A stretch of DNA of 64,000 nucleotides from Eledone cirrhosa (lineage: Eukaryota): positions 158,596,001-158,660,000 of the forward strand of contig OZ024743.1 of assembly GCA_964016885.1 (NCBI GenBank), read 5' to 3'. Position 1 is the first letter of the stretch. Each line of letters begins with the position of its first letter. Positions 13,264-22,605 of this stretch are shown here, piece after piece. The notes under the pieces are model-generated. The model saw only the letters and a program-made list of their open reading frames with translations, was not told where the DNA came from and searched no databases. The position numbers and the translations under genes are program-made.

Positions 13264-13360
13264 AATAAAAGAGGAAAATAGACGACTGCTGAAAGAGAAG
13301 GTTGAAAATGAACAGTTAATTAAACTTCTGGAAACTGAGAAAGAGGTTTTAACCAAAAAT
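13264..13360 (+). CDS. Internal coding exon A of a long coiled-coil protein (IKEENRRLLKEKVENEQLIKLLETEKEVLTKN)
   Basis: TTGTTTCAG acceptor and GTAAGA donor; open E/K/L-rich heptad frame; ends in phase 0, compatible with the next exon. The upstream exon was not found in the window. Confidence 0.85.
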
Positions 13361-13440
13361 GTAAGAAGGAAATTTCCTATTTCTATATTCTAATGTGCTA
13401 ATAAATATTGCCTGTACAAGTAAACAAAGTGTATACATTA

Positions 13441-13452
13441 TTTTGGGACACC

Positions 13453-13457
<5 letters not shown>
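13441..13457. mobile_element. Single Tc1/mariner-type TIR end
   Basis: TTTTGGGACACCCTG|TA, the reverse complement of TA|CAGGGTGTCCCAAAA, followed by (TA)n; no partner end found. Confidence 0.5.
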
Positions 13458-13490
<33 letters not shown>

Positions 13491-13958
13491 TCACAAACAT
13501 TTTTTTGAACCACGCCACCTATATCCACAAAACGTAAAAACACCACACACACGTGCGTACCCCCACATAGATACATACTCACCCTCCGAAACCCTCCCCC
13601 ACCCCTCTGACCCCGCTCCATACACACGCACACAACACCGACCTACACCCCACCCCACACACACCTTTTCCTGAACATGGAACCTCGTTCTTCCCCCAAC
13701 TCTCACATACACACACCTACACACATACACCACCTTCAGCCCTCACCGCTCGGACACCCCGCCTCCCTCTCCCCACTCCACCTGCCACCGCCCCTACACC
13801 CCCACACCCTTCCACCACTTGTTTATCTTCATGTTTATTTTTATTTTTATTATTTTTATTTTTATTTTGTACCCCTTCCACCCCCCCCTTTTTTTTTTCT
13901 AAATGTCTCTCCTCCACTCCCCTACACCCTCGGAACTCTCTTCCCACCCACTTTTCGC

Positions 13959-13984
13959 CCGAAGAAGAGCTTATGCCCGAAACG
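13959..13984 (+). ncRNA. Degenerate Penelope-type hammerhead motif
   Basis: CCGAAGA A GAGC TTAT GCCC GAAA CG equals CTGAAGA A GAGC TTAT GCTC GAAACG with two T>C changes; probably inactive. Confidence 0.4.
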
Positions 13985-14071
13985 CCCCCCCCCCCACTCT
14001 CAAGAGCGTGAAACTAATAAACCTTTGTTCGTACTGCCTCTCTGTTTAGTTCCCGTTCCATTTTTCACTAT

Positions 14072-14703
14072 AATTTAAGTAAGAAAAAAAATTTTTAAAA
14101 ATTTTTTTAAAAAAATATTTTCTTATTTTACGTCCTTTATATTATTGTTCTGCATTCTCCTGCATTGAACCACCTAGGTACTATGACATAACCTGTGTAT
14201 TTGCTGGCATGGGCGTACATCTGTGCGCTTATGTTAGTTGATATATTAAATTATCTATATTTATCTCCAATTCACTGATTTGTCGAGCAAACTTGTCAAA
14301 ACCACTTCTAAAAAAATTTTTTTTTTTTTGGGGTGTTAGTAGGCGTCAGTCATCTTACCATCCCATTCCTTCTAACTAGCCTCTGTGTCACGTGATTGAT
14401 TCTTTAGAATCGGCCATTTGACTTGAAGCAGTGAGAATTTCGGTACATAGAATCCAGTCCTCGCAAGCTGTTCGATCTACCGAATTATTATTATTTTTAT
14501 ATGAGCCGCCAGTGTCCGCGCATTGCCTGGAGACTTAACTGAGAATAGACTTCCTGATGACGCAATGAATTCTCGACAGTTGGATTACGTAACTGTCTTT
14601 ATCCCATTGCAGAAACTAATTAGTTGGAGTGAAAATTTAAGTAAGAAAAAAATTTTTTTTAAATTTTTTTAAAAAAATATTTTCTTATTTTACGTCCTTT
14701 ATA
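14072..14703 (+). mobile_element. ~562-bp hammerhead-bearing unit with ~70-bp terminal direct repeat (PLE pseudo-LTR or retrozyme-like)
   Basis: AATTTAAGTAAGAAAAAAAATTTTT...TATTTTCTTATTTTACGTCCTTTATAT occurs at 14072-14142 and again at 14634-14703. The hammerhead ends just before the second copy, which is followed by (TA)n. Confidence 0.7.
14549..14630 (+). ncRNA. Type I hammerhead ribozyme with extended stem II (HHR-A)
   Basis: Stem I ACTTC/GGAGT; CTGATGA at 14554-14560; stem II GCAATG/CATTGC enclosing hairpin GACAGTT/AACTGTC; GAAA at 14612-14615; palindromic stem III CTAATTAG; GUU triplet. Confidence 0.75.
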
Positions 14704-14765
14704 TATATATATATGTAGATAAATCTACCAAGAGTTTACGGTAGTGTCCAATCCGTATGAAGAAC

Positions 14766-14948
14766 TCATAGAGTGTGCTCAAAAGAGCCACCCCTTATCA
14801 AAATAATAGAAATGAATGTAGATTATGTTCCCAAGAACTATTTGAAATAATGAAATCTAAGGATATCCTATTAAATAAACGACAGGAATTAATTATATCG
14901 TGTAATCATAAACTAAAAAAAACATTTAAATATTATAAACCTAATTAA
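14766..14948 (+). mobile_element. C-terminal GIY-YIG fragment of a Penelope-like element (Naiad-like)
   Basis: *SVLKRATPYQNNRNECRLCSQELFEIMKSKDILLNKRQELIISCNHKLKKTFKYYKPN* matches the W.IL..A.PY...C.LC..E...LLNKR.E....C.H C-terminus of this PLE group. Confidence 0.75.
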
Positions 14949-15448
14949 TAACATTATTTTAGAAATTAATATATAATTTAATTTAAATGTTAGTTAACCT
15001 ATAAATTTAATTTAATTAAAATTCTACTACAGATGAGAATATAAAATATTGTGTAATCATAAATTGTGAAAAACCTTTAAATATTACTAATATATACTTA
15101 GTAATTTAATTTATAGATTAATTTTAATTTATTTAACCCTTTATTAAAATTCCTTTACAGATAAAATATAACAAAATATCGTGTATCCAATGACAGAGAA
15201 ATAATTTTTAGTATTATAGACCTAATTAATATACATTTTAGAAATGTATTTATAATTTGGTTTTAAATTTAGTCAACCTAAAAATTTAATTTGATTGGCT
15301 TAAAATTAGTATCCTAATACAGACGGATTGCAGAGTGTCATGTAATCATAGAATGGGATGTGTTTTGGATGTATACCTAGTTAATATATTCTTTGCAATT
15401 TTTGAAAAAATATGTATATGTATGTATGTATATGTATGTATGTATGTA

Positions 15449-15479
<31 letters not shown>

Positions 15480-15865
15480 GTGTATGTATATGTATATGTA
15501 TTAATTTTGATTTCTATTTTGCATATAATTATATTCTGCTATTGATAAAATACAATATCTGTTTTATTTATTGTATACCTAATTAACATATACTATAGAA
15601 ATTAATATATAATTTTTAATTTAGTTAACCTATAATTTATATTCTACTACCGATGTAATACTTTATTTGTTTTTTCCCTATTACTAAATTCATTTCCTAA
15701 TATTGATACCATAACGTTAATAACTTTAATTTAGTTATACTATAATTAATACTCTACTACTATTTAACTTCAAAATTCTGCTTCAAATATTATAAACCTA
15801 ACTAATTTACACCTTAGAAAGCAATATGTTAACTATCTTTAGTTTAGTTAACATATAATTAATGG
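14880..15865 (+). repeat. Degenerate AT-rich tandem repeats (~130-150-bp unit) following the PLE ORF end
   Basis: Recurring ACAGA...GTGTAATCATA...TATTATAAACCTAATTAA...TTAGAAATTAATATA...TTAGTTAACCTATAA motifs, roughly 6 copies. Confidence 0.65.
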
Positions 15866-16049
15866 TATACTTATTTTGAAATGCATAATTTTGCCTTATT
15901 TCTTGCATTTCCTAACACTGAAACTATGTAAAAACATATATTGAGATCCAAATACAGATTAATATTCTATGTTTCTTGAAACATATATTTACTATAATCC
16001 CCTTCTCAACCCCCCCCCCCCTTTCCCCCATACTATTATCATCTGTGTT

Positions 16050-16211
16050 TGTAAGCGTGTATGTATGAATATATATGTAGGTAGGTGTATATATGTTTGG
16101 GTGTTTATATCTGAGTATAAAAATACATATATGCACATGCAAATAAGAATGTATGATTGTGTGTATATATATATGTGTATATATATATATGTGTATATAT
16201 GCATGTGTATA

Positions 16212-16242
<31 letters not shown>

Positions 16243-16273
16243 GTGTATATGTGTATATGTGTGTGGGCGTGTA

Positions 16274-16306
<33 letters not shown>

Positions 16307-18186
16307 GTGTGTATGTATGTGTATGTATATATGTGTATGTATATGTATGTCACTCTATATATATGTCTATCTTCGTATCTATGTGGGTATATGTGTGTAT
16401 GTACATGTATGCACATGTATATGTTTATGGGTATATGTGTGTATGTGTATATATGTACGTGTGCGCACATATATATGTGAGTGTGTGTGTGTGTGTGTAT
16501 ATATATATATGTATATCTATGTGTGTATATATATATATTCGTATGTGTATATATATATATTATTTATTATTGTAATATTTATTATTATAATATGACATGT
16601 GTATATGTATATATGTGAAGGTGTGTATGTGTATATATATGTATATATATATGTAAAAATATATATGTGTATGTGTGTTTTTGTGTGTGTGTATATATAT
16701 GTATATATGTGTGTATGTATGTGTTTGTATGTGTGTTTATGGTTGTATGTGTGTATGGGTATATATATAAATGTATGTGTATATATATATATATATGTGT
16801 ATATGTATCTCTATTAATGTGTGTATATATGTATATGTATATACCTTTTTCTTTGTATGTCTGAGTTGTGTGAGAGTGTAGTGGTGTTTGTATGTATATA
16901 CGCATATATGGATGCGTATGTATTTGTATATATGCGTATATGTAAGTGCGTATGTGTGTATGAATATATATCTATGTCTATGTATGAGTATGTATGTGTG
17001 TGTATGTATGTGTGTGTGTATGTATGTATGTGTGTATGTGTGTATATATATATATATATATGTGTGTATATGTATGTATGTATGTGTATGTATGTACATA
17101 TATGTGTATGTATATGTGTATATATATATATGTGTATATATGTATATATATATGTATATGTTTATTTTATATATATATGTGTGTGTGTGTATGTGTGTGT
17201 ATATATATCTTTATATATGTGTATGTGTATGTTTGTGTAGGTGTGTGTGTGTGTGTGACTATATATGTATGTGTGTATGTGTGTATGTATGTATGTGTAT
17301 GTGTGTGTAAGAGTCAATGGCCATCCAAAATCACCGGGAGAGATGACCCCTTAGCCTTTGTCAAGGCAGAATTCTAGGAGAAGGAAAACTCTGATATAAC
17401 ACCTGCAACCCTGATGGTATCCAATGATGTTGACTTGTTCTTCTTTTTGGTAAATATCATCTTGGTTAAGAGAGTGGGACTGGCTTTGTGCAGTGCCTTT
17501 GCTCACTATAAAAGCTTCACGGCACAGGCATTGCTTTATATCTGGAGATCTCTCTGCACTTGTCGTCACATGGTACCATGGGCCCAGCACTATGTGTCAG
17601 TAATTGTCACAAGTGTAGTGTTTGTACCAGAGTTTTCAAGTCGCTGGCTGGACTAAAAAGTCACACTCGTTCAGCGCATCGGTAGGGGTTCTCCTACATG
17701 GATATAAAGTAGTGGCCGTACTCGAAAACGAGTTGGCAGCCACCATATATATATATGTATATATATATATATATGTATATGTATCTCTATTTGTATGTGT
17801 TATGTGTATATGTATATACCTTTTTCTTTGTATGTCTGAGTTGTGTGAGAGTGTAGTGGTGTTTGTATGTATATACCGATATATGGATGCGTAAGTATTT
17901 GTATATATGCGTATATATAAGTACGTATGTGTGGGTGAATATATATCTATGTCTATGTATGAGTATGTATGTGTGTGTATGTATGTGTATATGTGTGTAT
18001 GTATGTATGTATGTCTGTATGTATATGTGTGTATATATATGTATGTATGTGTATGTCTGTATGTATATAAGTATGTATGTGTATGTATATGTGCATGTAT
18101 GTGTATATATATATGTGTGTCTATATATGTGTGTGTGTATATATGTGTATATATTGTATATATGTGTGTATATATATATATATGTA

Positions 18187-18217
<31 letters not shown>

Positions 18218-18260
18218 GTATATGTTTATATATGTGTGTGTGTGTGTGTTGTATGTGTAG

Positions 18261-18300
<40 letters not shown>
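16050..18300. repeat. Compound (TA)/(TG)/(TATG) microsatellite block with internal duplication
   Basis: Direct inspection; source of many spurious Y/I/C/V/M ORFs. Confidence 0.95.
17309..17745 (+). mobile_element. Short non-autonomous RTE-derived element (5' end plus 3' C2H2 end)
   Basis: The 5' part has GGAGAAGGAAAACTCTGA, similar to RTE 5' UTRs. The 3' part encodes CHKCSVCTRVFKSLAGLKSHTRSAHR*, a C-terminal C2H2 finger seen in RTE-type LINEs. Confidence 0.55.
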
Positions 18301-18304
<4 letters not shown>

Positions 18305-18914
18305 TTGATATATTTCTTTTTTCTTTTTCTTTTTCTTTTCTTTTCTTTTTATTTCTAAGTTTATAGATACATCTATAAATAAGCAGTCTGCCCAATCCGT
18401 TGAATACTGACCTCTCCCCCCCCCCTCCCACCTAATTTCTGTATCTTGATCTAAATGTGTGTGGCAGTGTTTATGTGAGTGAATTAATATCCATGTGCTT
18501 ATGATAATATTATATCCACATATATATGTGTGTGGGGGTGTGTGTGTGTATGTATGTTCGTAATTATGTGTATGTTTATGCATATACGCGCGCGTGTCTG
18601 TGGGTGTACGGATATGTGTGAGTATGAGAATATGTGTATACACTTATTTCATATTTATGTGTCTATACGCATTTTATCTGTGGATTTAAACTTACAGAGA
18701 CATTAGCCTTGAATTTTTGTATTTGCATACATCTTTTTGGCATGCGTATGCATGTTGAGCATATATCTTTGTATAAATATGTGTACGGGGTTAGTTACAT
18801 GTATATACACACACAAAACTGCATAAAACTTTTTGTATTTTCATTGGTCAATTTTGAACTCCGTTCCCAAACTGACCTGAAATTTTGAATTGTTGTTATT
18901 ATCAATAAATATAT

Positions 18915-19059
18915 TTCATTATTTCTGAAGACGGCATATATGTGTGTTTGGTATGTATATTTAATCTTGATAGTTTGTATAATTTTGTACATAGATCTGT
19001 TGAATATGCATGCCAATTCTAACACATATATATCCTAGAAACGATCGTTAAATAATGAA
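18915..19059 (+). ncRNA. Type I hammerhead ribozyme with ~106-nt stem-loop II (HHR-B)
   Basis: Perfect 10-bp stem I TTCATTATTT/AAATAATGAA; CTGAAGA at 18925-18931; stem II ATATATGTGTGTT/AACACATATATAT and TGGTATGTATATTTAA/TTGAATATGCATGCCA (G-U pairs); GAAA at 19038-19041; palindromic stem III CGATCG; GUU triplet. Confidence 0.85.
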
Positions 19060-19133
19060 CTTTTTTTGTTTAATATAAGGAACTGTTTCATTGTTTTATT
19101 CATTATTTGTTTTATATATATATATATATATAT

Positions 19134-19461
19134 ATACGATATTAACAAATGGAAACTATATTTATAAAACCATATTTATTTCATTATACATATTTCAAGG
19201 GCACCAAGTTAAATTATGGTGTGCTTTCATCAGACAAAATATAATATAGATCAGTTTTATAAATAAATATTGACATACCCTTAAAAAATGCAACCATTAC
19301 TGTTCCAACAGTAATGGTATGTCAATATTTATTTATAAAACTGATCTATATTATATTTTGTCTGATGAAAGCACACCATAATTTAACTTGGTGTTCTTGA
19401 AATATGTATAATGAAATAAATATGGTTTTATAAATATAGTTTCCATCTGTTAATATCGTAT
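19134..19461. repeat. 146-bp near-perfect inverted repeat (19134-19279 / 19316-19461) with nested central hairpin; inverted PLE pLTR
   Basis: The arms are reverse complements with about 3 mismatches. The spacer contains ACCATTACTGTT-CC-AACAGTAATGGT. The whole insertion (19134-19548) is flanked by (TA)n. Confidence 0.95.
19354..19418 (+). ncRNA. Type I hammerhead motif (HHR-C); mirror copy on - strand at 19177-19241
   Basis: Stem I TATTTTGT/ATGAAATA (G-U pairs); CTGATGA at 19362-19368; stem II AAGCACACCA/TGGTGTTCTT; GAAA at 19399-19402; stem III TATGTA; AUA triplet. Confidence 0.7.
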
Positions 19462-19545
19462 GTTTACTCCAAATACTTGTTGAGTGCTTTATATCAGTTA
19501 TAAAAATATTTGTTTGTTGTATCCCAACAATTTAAATAGAACTTT

Positions 19546-19576
<31 letters not shown>

Positions 19577-19589
19577 TTCGTATTTCTAA

Positions 19590-20240
19590 AGAAACACAGT
19601 TTTAGGAAGCCGTAGCTATGCAAACACTGGGGCTAACGTCCTCTGGTCGTGTCCAGCAGAAGCAAGGGGGACAACCGTCCACTACATGGATTGACTCTTT
19701 GCCTCTGGCTCATAGGGATGAACACAACATTCATCCTGAGTTAGGAAACATTCAAGGAAACCAGCCAGATCTGTCTCAACCAGTATCAGAATTTCCCCTG
19801 ATATGATCAGCCTGGTGAGCTTTTGATCACTGAGCAGAAACCTTTGTCATGCCAAGTTCATTGTGCAGAATATTTTCAACTTTTTCATGGGATATGGTAA
19901 TAGCACTGGTTATTTGATTTATAGTCAATTGCCTGTCATCCATCACACTGTGGTGAACATGATCAATGTTTTCCTCTGTATTGCAGGACTTCTAAAACTT
20001 TGGTAATCTTTAAGACTTTCCCTTCCCATCCTAAATTCAGCTACCCACTTTAGCACTGTTGACAAAACTGGAGTGTCATCCCCTAATGTAGCAACTATGT
20101 CAGCATGAATGTCTTTGGGGTCTAAACCCTTTCTCTCAAGTACTTGATAACACCACAACACCAAAATTTGTCCATTTTCAAGAGAAGGTCATCATGGGTT
20201 ACTTTTAAAGCCTTCTTTGAACAGTCAGATGTCAGTTTAT
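19590..20240 (-). mobile_element. Mariner transposase remnant
   Basis: KGLDPKDIHADIVATLGDDTPVLSTVLKWVAEFRMGRESLKD (mariner HTH), ENILHNELGMTKVSA and QDECCVHPYEPEAKSQSM (DETW..YEPE.K.QS motif), with frameshifts. Confidence 0.85.
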
Positions 20241-20279
20241 CTGGAAAGAAACAATGCAGTTATTAATAAGAATAGATGA

Positions 20280-20515
20280 AATTATATATATGGATGATGT
20301 TCGCTGGCTGAAGAAGTGCCAGGGCATCCCAGTAGAAGGAAGCCATAGTAGAGATAGATAAAGAAATACCTTAATAGATGTGGTGAGCATTGATCTCAAG
20401 TTTCGAGCCTCACAGGGGAGATGACAAACAAGACAAGTGGAGAGATGCTGTGTTGAAAAGGACACATCTAACCCATGCATGTGGAAAAATTGACCTAAAA
20501 ATGATAATGTTGATG
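20280..20515 (+). mobile_element. RTE 3'-end fragment (similar fragments at ~52020-52215 and ~62085-62440)
   Basis: Degenerate KKC...VEG...GRP.K.W coding end plus the AACCCATGC...TGGAAAA...GATGATGAT terminus. Confidence 0.65.
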
Positions 20516-21693
20516 ATACAGTCCTTGGTTGAAGAGTTTAATGCAAGATTTGGATGTGAGGCAGTGTAGGGGATGGGTGAAAGATAAAAACGCAGCTACA
20601 TCAAATTGACCTGGGGTTCAGTTGGTAGACGTACTTTGTTGCCTTGGCTGACTTTAGTAGAGTTTACCCTGTTGCAAACATTATAACCAGGACTTGTCTT
20701 TAGAATAAGCTTCTTTCCTTTCCACCATCATATAAGACTTGAAAAGCATCTTGGATACTACCCTTCTACCACTGACTAAGCCATGAAAATAGACACACAT
20801 ACATATCACCTGCCAAATAATAGAAAATATATATAAAGGAACCTATGTGGATGGCTTTTTGGGGAGATGTAATAGTTAAAAGAGCAAACACTATGCAATC
20901 TATTGTATTAATTTTAGTTGTCTACCTACATGCTCTGAGTTCAAATCCCACCAAGGTCAATAGTAGTTAAGGGCCCATAGGCTTGGAATAGTTATAGAAT
21001 ATCCATGTATGTTGCAGCAGCTCATCCTTGTATTTTAATCTATGTTAGGCATGTGCTATGTTGAAGTATTTTCTGATTTTGAATAGGAAACCTTACAAAT
21101 ATCATATTGAATAGAGATATTTATCTTTCATATGTTTAACACCCTGAGAAACCCTTGAAAATACTCCCTCTCTCTCATCCACACACAGTACTTATGTACT
21201 TACATACATATATGCACATATATACATACCTCCAATCAATTAGTGGTACAGTGTGGATTTGTAAAACATTCCAAAGATTCTCTCTTTGAGTTCCCATATC
21301 TGTAGAATCACTTATGTCCATACAAAGACACACACGTACGCATGCACACGCACACACACACAAACACACATACATGGAAAGTAATATCCATTATAAAGAG
21401 ACATGTGTATTCATTACATGAGTGCATGGACATTCACATGAACTCCTACATATACACATAACAGGAATTCATATCACATGTATTCACAAATCCCTGAAAC
21501 TGTCTTCATTGAAACAAAAATATCTTCTCACTTTGTTTAGCGACAAGGTTTGAATTCCATGAAGAAGAATTTAAATAAATCTTATCGAAAATGCACACAC
21601 ATACACACACATTCACGCACACACACACACATCATTTATACGCATATATTTATATGTATACACACATATCATATATACTCACATGGCTTAGAT

Positions 21694-21840
21694 GGAGGCA
21701 CATGGCTTAGTGGTTAGAGCATTGGCCTTGCAATCGAAAGGTTGTGAGTTCAATTCTCAGACCGGGTGGTGTGTTGTTTCCTTGAGCAAGACACTTTATT
21801 TCACATTGCTCCAGTTTACTCAGCTGTAAAAATGAGATGA
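21694..21840 (+). mobile_element. tRNA-derived SINE, family B (other copies ~29291-29570 +, ~57445-57782 -, ~59695-60025 +)
   Basis: A-box TGGCTTAGTGG, B-box GAGTTCAATTC, body GTGTCCTTGAGCAAGACACTTTATTTCAC...CTCAGCTGTAAAAATGAG. Confidence 0.8.
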
Positions 21841-22470
21841 TAGGGACTGAGTCCTTATCATTCCACTGCAAAGTGGTCGTGTAGGTGCCACGGCAAAAAA
21901 GCACCCAGCACTCACTGTAAATAAGGTTGGTGTTAGGAAGGGCATCCAGCTGTAGAAATCAAGCCAGAATCAGTTCCTGTCCCACCCTTGCAAGCAGGGA
22001 AAAGTGGACGTAAAATGATGATGATGATGATGATGATACACACACATGCATACATATGTACATACATATATACACACACATGTACTCACAAAAATATTGA
22101 ATTTCTAATTCTGCTTACGCTGGCAAGAAATTTGTTTACCCATTTTTGTTGCGGAAGTCTTGTTGTTTAGCCACAGGTTGGTTCTGATTGAGAAAACTTA
22201 CGATAAAAAAAAGTTCCATCTGTGACCATCCTACCTTTTTCTAGGCACGTTATTCATTGTTTTCCCATCTTTAAAAGAGTTGGGTATGATTTGAGTAAAT
22301 TTGGCTGCTGTTTCTAATGAGTCAAGTGACCAATGCAAATGTTTCCTCTTTCTGTTGAGTTGATTTATAGACATTTCTTGAGATTTCTGGAGATTGACAG
22401 AGATTTTCATCTTTGTCACCAGAAATCAAATCATATGTCATACATAAAATTTCTCTGTTTAATTATTCAG

Positions 22471-22605
22471 ACAAATCAGGAGATCAAGAGTAACCAGAAA
22501 GACATTGCCAAAATGGAGGTGGATTTGGATCAGGCTAACCAAATGAACAAAGAACTCAAAGTGGCAAATGAAGTCCTTACTGAGAAAATTAATGAATCTC
22601 AAAAT
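22471..22605 (+). CDS. Coding exon B (TNQEIKSNQKDIAKMEVDLDQANQMNKELKVANEVLTEKINESQN)
   Basis: TTATTCAG acceptor, phase 0; a frame-compatible end requires the GC donor GCAAGT at 22606. Confidence 0.85.

Noticed and set aside
15924-18643. Many long ORFs (up to 335 aa) rich in Y/I/H/T/C/V/M
   Set aside because: They are translations of TA/TG microsatellites.
14766-19059. Selenoprotein-type PLE with SECIS
   Set aside because: The visible Cys codons are TGT rather than TGA, and no convincing AUGA-AA-GA SECIS stem was found by eye; SECISearch would settle it.
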